From: Planctomycetota bacterium
GTDB lineage: Bacteria > Planctomycetota > SZUA-567 > H5-PLA8
Reading direction: 5' to 3'
NCBI GenBank assembly: GCA_038227875.1
Contig: JBBRPR010000018.1
Span: 32,001 to 96,000 of the forward strand
DNA length: 64,000 bases
This document shows, piece after piece, positions 31,647 to 40,889 of the stretch. A program made the translations under genes and the position numbers. Positions within the stretch are counted from its first letter, which is position 1. Each line of letters begins with the position of its first letter. The notes under the pieces are model-generated. The model made no database searches. It saw nothing but the letters and a program-made list of their open reading frames with translations, and had not been told where the DNA came from.

Positions 31647-34627
31647 ACACGCGTCTCCGCGACGTCCTTGATTTCTGGATTCGGATTGCGGATCCGCGCC
31701 AGATATGTCGTGCGCGGGCGCGTGTTCAGTTCTTCCAACAGACCGTAGTTCAGCGGTGAGGCTTTCAGCTTCGCGACGCGACTGGCGGCATCGTTGATGT
31801 CGCCGAAGACGATGGCTTCGCTCGGGCACGCCTGCGCACACGCCGGAGTGATCTCGCCGTCCCGCAGCGCTCGGTGTTCGATTTCCGAACCGATGCGCGC
31901 GCGGGAGATGCGTTGCACGCAGTACGTGCACTTTTCCATGACGCCACGCTCGCGCACCGTGACTTCCGGATTGGCGCGCAGCCGCAGCGCGGGGTCGTTC
32001 AGCGCGGAGTACTCCAGAAAATTGAAGCGTCTGACTTTGTACGGACAATTGTTGGAGCAGTAGCGCGTGCCAATGCAGCGGTTGTAGGTCATCTCGTTGA
32101 GACCTTCGCCGCTGTGCGTTGTGGCTTGCACCGGGCAGACCAATTCGCACGGCGCGTTTTCGCAATGCATGCAGGGCACGGGCTGAACGCTGGCCTCGGG
32201 ATTTTCGAGATCGCCGCTGAAATAGCGGTCGACACGGATCCAGTGCATCTCGCGGGAATTCAAGACCTGCTCTTTGCCGACGACGGGAATGTTGTTCTCG
32301 GACTGGCAAGCGATCACGCACGCGCTGCAGCCGGTGCATGCGCCCGTATCGATCACCATACCCCAGGCGTGTCCTTCGTACTTTTTCTCGGGATAGAGCG
32401 ATGTGGCGGGGGCTGCTTCCACGCGCTTGCGTAGAAATTCCGGATCTCTGGAGAACTCCTCGAGCGGCGCTTCCACTACGAGGTCGCGGCCTTCCATGGA
32501 GAAATGTTCCTGCGTGCAGGCCAGCGGGTACGACGCGCCGGTCTTGCGCAGCTGCGCCCCAGCCGCCACATCCAACGCATTCGTCGTGCGAATGGAATAG
32601 GCGTTGAATCCCGTTCCCAATCCCACCCGGCCCGCTTGGCTCTGTCCGTACCCCAGATGAAGCGTCAGTGCGTCCGCGGCATGTCCGGGAAGAATCCAGA
32701 CCGCGCCGGTCACGCGCCGGGTGTTGCAGGTCACTTCCACGCTGTCGCCGTTGACTAGTCCGAGTTTCGCCGCCGTCGCGGGCGAAATCAGGACAGCATT
32801 GTCCCAGGTCAGTTTCGTCAGCGGCTTGGGCAATTCCTGCAACCAGGCATTGTTGACAAAGCGCCCGTCCCAAACGGTGGGGTCCGGCAGAAAATTGATT
32901 TCAAGCCCTGCTGGTTGCGTCGCCATCGTTTCGCCGTTAGCGAGCGGATTGCGCATCGTGGTCGCGATGACTTTTCGCTGCGTGGCCGGCACCACTCCGT
33001 CACTCAGCGCTTGCCGCCATGCGCGCTCGAAATCGGAGCCCAGTTGCGCACGCCATTGTTCGCGGACGAGTTCGTAACTGCTGACGGACCTTGCGCCATT
33101 CATCCATGCCAACAGTTCCAGCGTCGAGCGGCCACCATATAAGGGAAGAATCAGCGGCTGCTGAATCGTCACCGTGCCGTCAAACGCGCGCGTATCGCTC
33201 CACGTTTCCAATTCGTGAGACTGCGGAATATGCCAGTGGCTCAACGCGGCCGTGGCGTTGCGATACAGGCCCATGTGAATGCGCGTCGCTGCTTTCTGAA
33301 ATGCGGCCTCGAAATCCAGATCCGCCGGCGCGGTGTAGACCGGATCGCCGCCGATCACCAACAACGTCCCAACAGTTCCCGCATGCAGATCCGAAGCAAG
33401 CGCGCGGATCGAATCCGCATGCGAGACCGGCGCTTCTTCGATTGGCCCGATGCAATTCACCGTCGAGCCGACGTTGCCCAGCGCAGCATTCATGGCGTGC
33501 GCGAGGGCGTGAACGATTGGCGGCTGCGCTGCGCCGGCGAGTACCAGACAGCCTCCGCGGTGCTTTTGAAGATCGGCGACGATGGCATCCAGGTCATGGT
33601 CTGGAATGACGGCGTTGTTCTCGACGTGGTGTTCGCTGGCACCCGCGATGCGGAGCCGCGCAGCCAATTGCCATGCCAGTGTTTTGATCAGACTGGACCG
33701 CACTGGCCAGCGGTGATCGGCCACACTTCCCGTCAGCGAAAAGTTGCTCTCGAATGCGTACAGGCGATTCATGGTCGATCGACCGTCGCGCACGCGTCGT
33801 CGCGCACTGAAATCGCGGATGTAGCGCAGGTTTCCCGGAACGCTACTCAGGAAGTCGGCGTCGAGCGCCACGATCACGTCGGCGCGGTCGAAGTGATAAA
33901 GCGGCGTTGCATCCGCCCCAAATGCCAATTCAGCGCCCGCGCGCGCATTGTCGCGATTCACCGGTTCGTACTGATGCCATTTGGCGTCGGGATAGCGCGC
34001 GAGAAATGCGTTCAGTTGGGCCGCCAGGGTCGGCGACGTCACCGCTTCGGTCAGGATCCGGATCCCCTGGCCCCGCGCCGCAGTTGGATCGGCCAAGATC
34101 GCTTCCAACGATTCCAGAAAGCGACTCCACGTGCTGACCGCATTGCGATTGAGCACCGCTTGCGAACGTTCCGGATCGTAAAGCGAAAGTATCGCCGCCT
34201 GGCTGAAAATGTCCGTCGCGCCCAGACTTCCGGGATGGCTGGGATTGCCTTCGATCTTCGTCGGCCGCCCCATATTGCTTTCCACCATCACGCCCGTCGC
34301 GACACCGCCCAGCGTAATCGCGGTCGTGAAGTACTGTGGTTTGCCTTGCACCAGATCCGGCGGCGTCGCGACGTATGGCACAAGATGCTTCGCTGGTTCG
34401 CCGCAGCCGCTCAATCCGGCCAACGCCAGCGATGCGCCCATCACTTTCAAAAAACTCCGGCGACCGATCGAGTCCAGCACCGAGGCTTCGCGTGGGAATT
34501 CGCGCTGCAGCAGCGATTCGAATTCCGGCGTCTGCGCCAATTCGTCAAGGCTGCGCCAGTACTGCCGCCCCCGCAACGGCGCGAGGCGATGGCGAATGGC
34601 ATCAGGGCCGTCGTGCGTCAATGACAT
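31643..34627 (-). CDS. actB: Alternative complex III subunit B (molybdopterin-oxidoreductase-like + Fe-S domain)
   Basis: YWRSLDE, Tat RRSFLK and LSGC lipobox. Fe-S motifs CTGCSACVIAC, CMHC....C...CP, CIGTRYCSNNCP and KCTYC...CAQACP. Confidence 0.95.
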   Translation of the reverse strand: MSLTHDGPDAIRHRLAPLRGRQYWRSLDELAQTPEFESLLQREFPREASVLDSIGRRSFLKVMGASLALAGLSGCGEPAKHLVPYVATPPDLVQGKPQYFTTAITLGGVATGVMVESNMGRPTKIEGNPSHPGSLGATDIFSQAAILSLYDPERSQAVLNRNAVSTWSRFLESLEAILADPTAARGQGIRILTEAVTSPTLAAQLNAFLARYPDAKWHQYEPVNRDNARAGAELAFGADATPLYHFDRADVIVALDADFLSSVPGNLRYIRDFSARRRVRDGRSTMNRLYAFESNFSLTGSVADHRWPVRSSLIKTLAWQLAARLRIAGASEHHVENNAVIPDHDLDAIVADLQKHRGGCLVLAGAAQPPIVHALAHAMNAALGNVGSTVNCIGPIEEAPVSHADSIRALASDLHAGTVGTLLVIGGDPVYTAPADLDFEAAFQKAATRIHMGLYRNATAALSHWHIPQSHELETWSDTRAFDGTVTIQQPLILPLYGGRSTLELLAWMNGARSVSSYELVREQWRAQLGSDFERAWRQALSDGVVPATQRKVIATTMRNPLANGETMATQPAGLEINFLPDPTVWDGRFVNNAWLQELPKPLTKLTWDNAVLISPATAAKLGLVNGDSVEVTCNTRRVTGAVWILPGHAADALTLHLGYGQSQAGRVGLGTGFNAYSIRTTNALDVAAGAQLRKTGASYPLACTQEHFSMEGRDLVVEAPLEEFSRDPEFLRKRVEAAPATSLYPEKKYEGHAWGMVIDTGACTGCSACVIACQSENNIPVVGKEQVLNSREMHWIRVDRYFSGDLENPEASVQPVPCMHCENAPCELVCPVQATTHSGEGLNEMTYNRCIGTRYCSNNCPYKVRRFNFLEYSALNDPALRLRANPEVTVRERGVMEKCTYCVQRISRARIGSEIEHRALRDGEITPACAQACPSEAIVFGDINDAASRVAKLKASPLNYGLLEELNTRPRTTYLARIRNPNPEIKDVAETRV

Positions 34628-34651
34628 GAAGCGCCTCTGCGTGGATGATCG

Positions 34652-35308
34652 TCAGCGATGACACGTTGAACAATTCGTCATCAGGTTTCGATTCAACTGA
34701 TACTCGGTTCCCAATTGCTTACCGGCTGCCAGTTGATTGACGCCAGGTTCCCACGCCATGTTGAAAATCTCGGCTTTCGGCCGCAGCTGCCTTTCCGGAT
34801 CGCGGTGACACTCCAGGCACCACGACATGGTCGTGGGGTTGGCTTTCCAGGTCAGCGGCATTTGATCGACGCGCCCGTGGCATGAACTGCAGCCGACGCC
34901 CTTGTTGACATGAATGCTGTGGTTGAAATAGACGTAGTTGGGCAAGTCGTACACGCGCTGCCAGTCGAGCCCCGTATGGGTGGCGAAGCTGGTTCGCACG
35001 GGTTCGAGCATGGGACTTTCCCGCCAGATCTGCGAATGGCAGGTCATGCACGTTTCCGTCGATGGCATGCCCGCAAACGCTGATTGCTCAACCGTTGAAT
35101 GGCAAAATCGGCAGTCCAATCCAAGCCCTGCCGCGTGATGCTTGTGACTGAAGGGCACGCGCTGCCCGATGGGCTGCAGTTCGTGAGTCGCGTACGTCGA
35201 TCCCACGACAAAATACGCTGCGCTTGCCACCAGTGTGATCAGGGCAACACCCGCCAAAATGGTAAAGCGCGCCAAAGTATTAGCACTTCGATGAAAAACC
35301 TGTGCCAT
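34652..35308 (-). CDS. actA: Alternative complex III subunit A, pentaheme cytochrome c
   Basis: One TM and five CxxCH motifs (CRFCH, CMTCH, CSSCH, CLECH, CSTCH). Confidence 0.94.
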   Translation of the reverse strand: MAQVFHRSANTLARFTILAGVALITLVASAAYFVVGSTYATHELQPIGQRVPFSHKHHAAGLGLDCRFCHSTVEQSAFAGMPSTETCMTCHSQIWRESPMLEPVRTSFATHTGLDWQRVYDLPNYVYFNHSIHVNKGVGCSSCHGRVDQMPLTWKANPTTMSWCLECHRDPERQLRPKAEIFNMAWEPGVNQLAAGKQLGTEYQLNRNLMTNCSTCHR

Positions 35309-35668
35309 TGGCCTATCGCGCAAAGAAGTTTGGAAGCAAAATTCCCACATCCGGGCGAGGTATATCAAAGCATGTGCCGGAATAACGCCGCGATGGGTTC
35401 GTCTCGATGTATTTATTTCATGTCACCATTTTTAATGATATTGCGGTCCGCAAACGGCTGAAAATCCTCCAAGCGTTGGATGAAATTCATCTAAACGAAA
35501 TTAGCTGCGGCGCATTGCTTCGTTGCAGAAATCAAATCGGAATGTTGATCGCTTGCTCCGTTTCAATAATCAAACGAAGTGAGGTCGCATTTATGCCGTT
35601 GCGCCCAAGCGAATGCTTGGCCGCACGTTTGCACAGGCACACACGGCTCAGGGAGGAATGATGGCGAA

Positions 35669-36739
35669 ATGGAAAAGTCGAATTCGGATCTTGAGCACGA
35701 GCAATCGCGACGCACGTTTTTGAAAATATTGGCCGCATCCGGCGCGGTGAGTACGGTCCTGACGACCCTGGGTTGCGGTGCCGCTGTCAGTCCGCCGACC
35801 GCAGCAACAACGGGCGGTGATACAGATTTTCCCAGCGGACCGATCCCTCAGCGGCCGTTGGGAAAGACGGGCGTCAAGGTGTCGATGGTCGGATTGGGCG
35901 GATTCCATATCGGATCGCAGTCCGATGAAAAGGAAAGCATTCAGATCATTCGGGCCGCCATCGATCACGGCATCAACTTCATGGACAACTGCTGGGACTA
36001 CAACAAAGGGCGGAGCGAGATTCGAATGGGCAAGGCGCTGCGCGACGGGTATCGCGACAAAGTTTTTTTAATGACCAAGATAGACGGGCGCACCCGACAA
36101 ACGGCCGAAGCGCAGTTGGCCGAATCCCTCCAGCGTCTGCAAACCGACCATCTGGACCTGCTGCAATTTCATGAAGTCATTCGCGATACCGATCCGGATC
36201 GCATCTTCGCGCCCGGCGGGGCGATGGAAGTTGTTCTGGAAGCGCGAAAGCAGGGCAAGATCCGCTTTATCGGCTTCACTGGCCACAAGAGCCCTTCCAT
36301 ACATCTGAAAATGTTGAAAGTCGCCGACGAACACAATTTCCGCTTCGATACGGTGCAGATGCCCTTGAACGTGATGGATGCCCAACACGACAGCTTTGAA
36401 AAGAATGTCTTGCCCGTGCTCGTTGAAAAGGAAATCGGCGTGTTGGGCATGAAATCGATGGGCGACGGCTTCATTCTGAAAAGCAAAACCGTCGAACCCA
36501 TGGACTGCCTGCATTACGCCATGAATCTGCCGACCAGCGTGGTGATTACCGGCTGCGATTCGATCCCGATTCTCAAGCAGGCGCTCACGGCGGCTCAATC
36601 GTTTAAGCCGCTTACGCCCGACGACGTGAAAACACTCCTGGCGAAAGCCAATCCTGCCTCCAAAGAAGGCGAATACGAAAAGTACAAAACATCCGATCAC
36701 TTCGATTCCACCAGCAAGAATCCGGAATGGCTGGGGTAG
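35669..36739 (+). CDS. Aldo/keto reductase with Tat signal (possible lipoprotein)
   Basis: SRRTFLK and LGC. 'RPLGKTG..VS..GLGG', D/Y/K/H tetrad (FMDNCWDY, MTK, QFHE). Confidence 0.88.
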   Translation: MEKSNSDLEHEQSRRTFLKILAASGAVSTVLTTLGCGAAVSPPTAATTGGDTDFPSGPIPQRPLGKTGVKVSMVGLGGFHIGSQSDEKESIQIIRAAIDHGINFMDNCWDYNKGRSEIRMGKALRDGYRDKVFLMTKIDGRTRQTAEAQLAESLQRLQTDHLDLLQFHEVIRDTDPDRIFAPGGAMEVVLEARKQGKIRFIGFTGHKSPSIHLKMLKVADEHNFRFDTVQMPLNVMDAQHDSFEKNVLPVLVEKEIGVLGMKSMGDGFILKSKTVEPMDCLHYAMNLPTSVVITGCDSIPILKQALTAAQSFKPLTPDDVKTLLAKANPASKEGEYEKYKTSDHFDSTSKNPEWLG

Positions 36740-36770
36740 CTGCCATTCCGACTCTGGCTATCAGGTGCGG

Positions 36771-37523
36771 CTATGCGTTTGTCTGCTGATTTAGGGAAGT
36801 CTGTCCGCTTTTGTCCGCTGTTTCGGGGATGGCGGGGACGGCCGGTGTCCGGGCTTGTCCGCTAATGTCCGCTTTCGCCTTCTCCGGCCGGGGGTAGCGG
36901 AAAGGCTGGACGGGGAGCACCGTCGGGGCTGTCCGGAAATGTCCGCTTTTGTCCGCTCGCTTGGCGGCAAGTTCGGCTTTGGCGGCCTTCTCGGCGGCGA
37001 CTTCGGCGTAGATTTTGTTCTCGGCGATTTTCTTCTGCGCTTCCATCATGTTGAGCATGGTATCAACCCGGTGCGAGGCGTTGATGAGTTTCGTGTGCTC
37101 TTCCCGGTCGCGGTTGGCTTTCTCGATACGCTCAGCTTTCTTGTCGTTGTGAACGAATTCGCGCCAGGCCTGGGCTTCCGCTGCGCGGCGTTCGAGGCGC
37201 TCTTCCTGCTGCAGGAGTTTGAGCGTCTGGATCACAAGGTAATCGGAGGCGTTGGGGTCTTCCAGAATGGCGCGGATGCGGTTGCGGCCCAGTTTTCGTA
37301 ACTCGCGGTTTTCGCGGGCGATCTCGGCGGCTTCGTCCTGCTGAAGTTTGCGGGCCAGCGCGTGGTGCTTGTTGAGTTCGGCGACGAACTTATCTTCCTC
37401 AGCCCAGCGGCGGACGGTGCGCGGGTTGACGTTCAGTTCCTGGGCGACTTCGTGCTGCTTCTTGCCGGCGACGAACAGATCGATCGCCTTTTCGTGGAGC
37501 GGTTCGAGATTCATAACGTTCAC
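36771..37523 (-). CDS. Orphan HTH protein with coiled coil and low-complexity tail
   Basis: N-terminal 'AIDLFVAGKKQHEVAQELNVNPRTVRRW' HTH (terminase-small-subunit/homeodomain-like). Start GTG 37523 or ATG 37514. Confidence 0.7.
   Translation of the reverse strand: MNVMNLEPLHEKAIDLFVAGKKQHEVAQELNVNPRTVRRWAEEDKFVAELNKHHALARKLQQDEAAEIARENRELRKLGRNRIRAILEDPNASDYLVIQTLKLLQQEERLERRAAEAQAWREFVHNDKKAERIEKANRDREEHTKLINASHRVDTMLNMMEAQKKIAENKIYAEVAAEKAAKAELAAKRADKSGHFRTAPTVLPVQPFRYPRPEKAKADISGQARTPAVPAIPETADKSGQTSLNQQTNA
36802..36956. repeat. Eight TGTCCG direct repeats at a 10-bp period, in three clusters
   Basis: Copies start at 36802, 36812 | 36846, 36856, 36866 | 36930, 36940, 36950. Confidence 0.85.
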
Positions 37524-37672
37524 TTTCTACCCACGGAGGCACGTGGCGCCGATCGACAAGCTCACGGCCTGCGGAGGCGCTTCGTTTGTGGCTCTGGTTG
37601 TGTGGGTGATGAAAGTAGGGCGAGCGCCGGACCGCGTTTCAGCGATAAGGACGGACGTTCGCAGGTGACTGG

Positions 37673-37702
37673 AATATATCCAATCCGAGGTGCGGGTGTC
37701 AA
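37673..37702 (-). promoter_or_regulatory. Sigma70-like promoter for the HTH gene
   Basis: Minus strand TTGACA-N18-TATATT, about 150 nt upstream of the start. Confidence 0.55.
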
Positions 37703-37930
37703 GCGGTGGCGTTTCAATTTTGAATATTTAAATTTGAATTGATTCGATCCGGTTCGAGTGCATGACTTGAAGTCATTTTACAGGTATTTGTTTCATTTAT
37801 TTCTCTGTAATTTGTTACGGCTTGCTCTACTTTATTGTTTCTGGATACGCAGGCTGCTGTCGTGCGCCGGTTCGCGCGGCTCACGTCGCATCGTACACAC
37901 CGCTTCTTCTCTAATCATGGATGAACGACT

Positions 37931-40135
37931 ATGAACCGCAGTTCCATCAGGCCAAATTTCCTTGTTGTAGTATGCACCATTGTCGCGACGACGACGTGTG
38001 GAGTGGCGTCCGCAGCGGATACTCCGGTCAAAGTCCGGCTCCTTCATCCGCTCGGCAACATGCCGCCGCAGGGTGAAGTCGAAGTCGCGGCGGTGACGCC
38101 GGAGATGTCCCTGGTCCTGAAGTACAAGGGCACGGTCATCAATGCCGAGTCAATGGACTTTCAGGATTTTGTGAACTGCGCAGAAGCGTACGGTGAAGCG
38201 AAAGCCGATCCGGCGATCTTCTACGGATTCGCCACCTACTTTGCGCCCATGCGGCCGGATGTGGCGCGCACGTTTGCCGCGCACGGGTTGAAGCTCGACA
38301 AGTCCTTTAAAGGTGACTTCGCCAAAAAGATCGATGAACTCTGCGACGTGGTCACGCCGGCGCGGCGGAAGCTGTTGGGCACGGCGTTTTTCGCAGCGGA
38401 AGACGAGCCGAAAACGGGACCCCGCGCGCATCTGCTGGAACTGGCGCGCGCCAAGACGCTCAATAAGGCCGAATTGAAAAAGGCGTATCTGGATCTGCAG
38501 GAAGCGCGCGTGCTCTCGGAAGAAAAGCTGCCGCTGCTGGCCAGTTACCGCAAGCAATTGACGGCGGTCGAACGCGCCGCGCTGGCGGGCGGGAACGTGA
38601 ATGGCGAGAAGGCGTTCGAGAAATTGAGCGAGAGCGATGCGACAGAATTAAAGGCGTGGTTCGCGGCCAGCCCGACGTTCCGCGAAACATTTTTGATGGC
38701 GCTGGAGCCGGGCGTCGATTTCTATCAGAACGCGGCGCGGGTGGCGTTGAAGATCCGCGCGGCCAATCCCAAGGACGTCGCGGCATTCGAACCGCTGGTC
38801 GTGGCGTTTGCGACGACGTGGGACAATCCGAAGAAACTCCAGGCTTATGACGTGGGCATTCCCGAACTGCGCGAGAAGCCCGCGGCCACGTGCGAACCGG
38901 AAGAGGCGTTCGCGTGGTACGTGAAAAATCAGGCGAAGCTCTGCCCCTGGTTTTCCAAGACGCCGTGGCGCTTGCTGGCGTACACGGCCGCGGACAACGC
39001 CGCGATCGCCGAGCGCGATTGGGTACTGCAGACGTATAAATTCAATACCACGCTGGGCCGCGTCTACGCGGAGATTCAATACGACAACAGCAAACTGCAG
39101 GACAACATTGGGAAACTGGGCGGGCATCCGTACACGCTGGCAAATTTGAAAACTTTCGGCGGCGTCTGCCGCGATCAGGCTTTCTATGCGCGCTCTGTCT
39201 GCCGTTACTTTGGGCTGCCGGCGTACTGGGCCAGCGGCATGGGCAAGTCCGGCGGCGCGGGGCACGCGTGGGTGGGCTGGGTCATCCAGGCGCCCGGTGG
39301 CGGCTATCAGATCACCGACTACGGCCGCTACGCCGACGATAAATTCTACACCGCAACCGTGACGCATCCGCGCACCGGCGAAGTGATGCTCGACTATATC
39401 TTGAGCCTGGAAGCGCGCGGCCTTTCGGACGAGAAAGGCTACAACGAGGCCGATCTGCTCTTCCGCGTGTTTCAGGACGCGGGCAGTTTCATGGAACCCA
39501 AGCCGCGCTACGAGATGTTGATCGACGCGGTGCGCGCCAACGCATACCACCGCGATGCGTGGCTGGCGCTGGCGGAAGGCACGGCGATCGGCGCAATTCC
39601 GCAGAACACCGCCTCCGCACAGTGGGAGTACCTCACCACACGCTTCAAGGAGTATCCGGATTTCACGCTCGAAGTACTCGGCAAGTTCGCGCGCATGTTC
39701 AAGGACGTGGAGCCGGGCTACAACCTGTTCGAATCCACGGCAAAGATGTATCTGACCGTGAAGCGCGAAGACCTGACGGCGCGACTGCGCCTGGAACAGA
39801 TTGAAATGTGCGTCAACGCCAACCGCAAGGACATCGCCTTCACCACGGCGATGAAGGGCGCGCTGGAATGCGCTGGAACCGGCGCGCCGGGCGTGGACCT
39901 GGCGAAAAAGACGTTCGCGCTGGCCGCCGACGCAACGCAGAAAAAGCAGTCGCTGGACGAAGTGAAACAGATTCTCTCGCACATGTCCAAGAAACGGATC
40001 GACGAACCCAACGAGAACTGGGTGGATCTGGCGCAGTTCCTGCGCGACACGTACAAGACGCAGGGCGACGAGGCGAGCGCGACGCGGCTGGATGCGGAGA
40101 TCACCGCGGTCGTCTCGGGTCCGCGGTCGCGCTGA
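37931..40135 (+). CDS. Secreted protein with transglutaminase-like Cys-His core and helical (TPR-like) C-terminus
   Basis: Signal peptide (ASA-AD); 'GGVCRDQA...GLPA...GHAWVGW...D'. Confidence 0.65.
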   Translation: MNRSSIRPNFLVVVCTIVATTTCGVASAADTPVKVRLLHPLGNMPPQGEVEVAAVTPEMSLVLKYKGTVINAESMDFQDFVNCAEAYGEAKADPAIFYGFATYFAPMRPDVARTFAAHGLKLDKSFKGDFAKKIDELCDVVTPARRKLLGTAFFAAEDEPKTGPRAHLLELARAKTLNKAELKKAYLDLQEARVLSEEKLPLLASYRKQLTAVERAALAGGNVNGEKAFEKLSESDATELKAWFAASPTFRETFLMALEPGVDFYQNAARVALKIRAANPKDVAAFEPLVVAFATTWDNPKKLQAYDVGIPELREKPAATCEPEEAFAWYVKNQAKLCPWFSKTPWRLLAYTAADNAAIAERDWVLQTYKFNTTLGRVYAEIQYDNSKLQDNIGKLGGHPYTLANLKTFGGVCRDQAFYARSVCRYFGLPAYWASGMGKSGGAGHAWVGWVIQAPGGGYQITDYGRYADDKFYTATVTHPRTGEVMLDYILSLEARGLSDEKGYNEADLLFRVFQDAGSFMEPKPRYEMLIDAVRANAYHRDAWLALAEGTAIGAIPQNTASAQWEYLTTRFKEYPDFTLEVLGKFARMFKDVEPGYNLFESTAKMYLTVKREDLTARLRLEQIEMCVNANRKDIAFTTAMKGALECAGTGAPGVDLAKKTFALAADATQKKQSLDEVKQILSHMSKKRIDEPNENWVDLAQFLRDTYKTQGDEASATRLDAEITAVVSGPRSR

Positions 40136-40155
40136 GCGGCGCGCGCTTATGCGCG

Positions 40156-40183
40156 AGGGGTCAGGGGTCAGGGGTCAGGGGTC
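40156..40183. repeat. Heptamer tandem repeat (AGGGGTC) x4
   Basis: Four perfect units directly after the stop of the upstream gene. Confidence 0.88.
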
Positions 40184-40277
40184 AGAGGTGGGTGCGCGAT
40201 CGGAGTTGATAGCGCGGTTTGCGCGGTGGGGGCGAGTAGGCAGAAGGCGGAAGGCAGCAAACAGCGGAACAAATAGA

Positions 40278-40889
40278 TTAGTCGTCGATATTCAGGCGAT
40301 CCCAGTCGTGATTGTAGATCGTTCGTCTCGGGTCGCTGAGTTTCGTCCAGGTTTTGTCGCGATGCTGGATCGACATTAATGCGGTGGCAGGGTCGTTTCC
40401 CAGGTCGCGGGCGTAGAGTGTTCCGCCGGAATCCAGCAGAATCGCGCGGGTTTTTCCCTGTTCGTAAACGGCGGGATAAGCGATGACGGCATAGTCGGCC
40501 GGCTTGTCGCCAACGACTACGAGCTTGAAGAAATAGCCGCGATACGATTTGGGCGAGGCGTCATTGGCGTCGGCAGCCGCAAGTTCAATGGGAAGTCTGC
40601 GCTTTTCGTCATCGGCGTCGTCGGCGTCGCGAAGCGACTTCAGCGCTCTGCCGTAATGCATGCGATTGTTCAAATTCCAGTAGCGGATCTGGGCGTCCCA
40701 AATTTTAAGCAGAGCCTCGCGGATGGGCAGGTCTTGGGGAAATTCGTCAACAGGCGGCGGATTGCGAAGTGGTGGCGGATCATCCCGGATTGGCGGAGGC
40801 GGCGGAGCATCCCGGCGTGGCGGTACATCGGCCGAATATGCAACCACGGTGGTCAGAGCAAGACTCATAAAAGCCGCAAAACTATGCAT
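40278..40889 (-). CDS. Secreted protein with a DUF2950-like C-terminal domain
   Basis: Signal peptide, Pro-rich linker and 'YRGYFFK...YAVIAYPAVY...GGTLYARDLG'. Confidence 0.55.
   Translation of the reverse strand: MHSFAAFMSLALTTVVAYSADVPPRRDAPPPPPIRDDPPPLRNPPPVDEFPQDLPIREALLKIWDAQIRYWNLNNRMHYGRALKSLRDADDADDEKRRLPIELAAADANDASPKSYRGYFFKLVVVGDKPADYAVIAYPAVYEQGKTRAILLDSGGTLYARDLGNDPATALMSIQHRDKTWTKLSDPRRTIYNHDWDRLNIDD

Noticed and set aside
31647..32873. Apparent 868-aa ActC with a long N-terminal extension
   Set aside because: The extension overlaps actB in another frame. The real start is the ATG at 31646, coupled to the actB stop.
33215..34624. 469-aa plus-strand ORF
   Set aside because: Antisense shadow of actB.
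36802..36956. Possible CRISPR array
   Set aside because: The units are 10 bp, there is no 23-50 bp repeat/spacer structure, and no cas genes are present.
36771..37523. Prophage call based on the TerS-like HTH
   Set aside because: No large terminase, portal, capsid, integrase or att sites are visible.
38648..39982. 444-aa minus-strand ORF (similar cases at 46451-47791, 22167-23348 and 53680-54882)
   Set aside because: Shadow or alternative-frame ORFs over well-supported genes.
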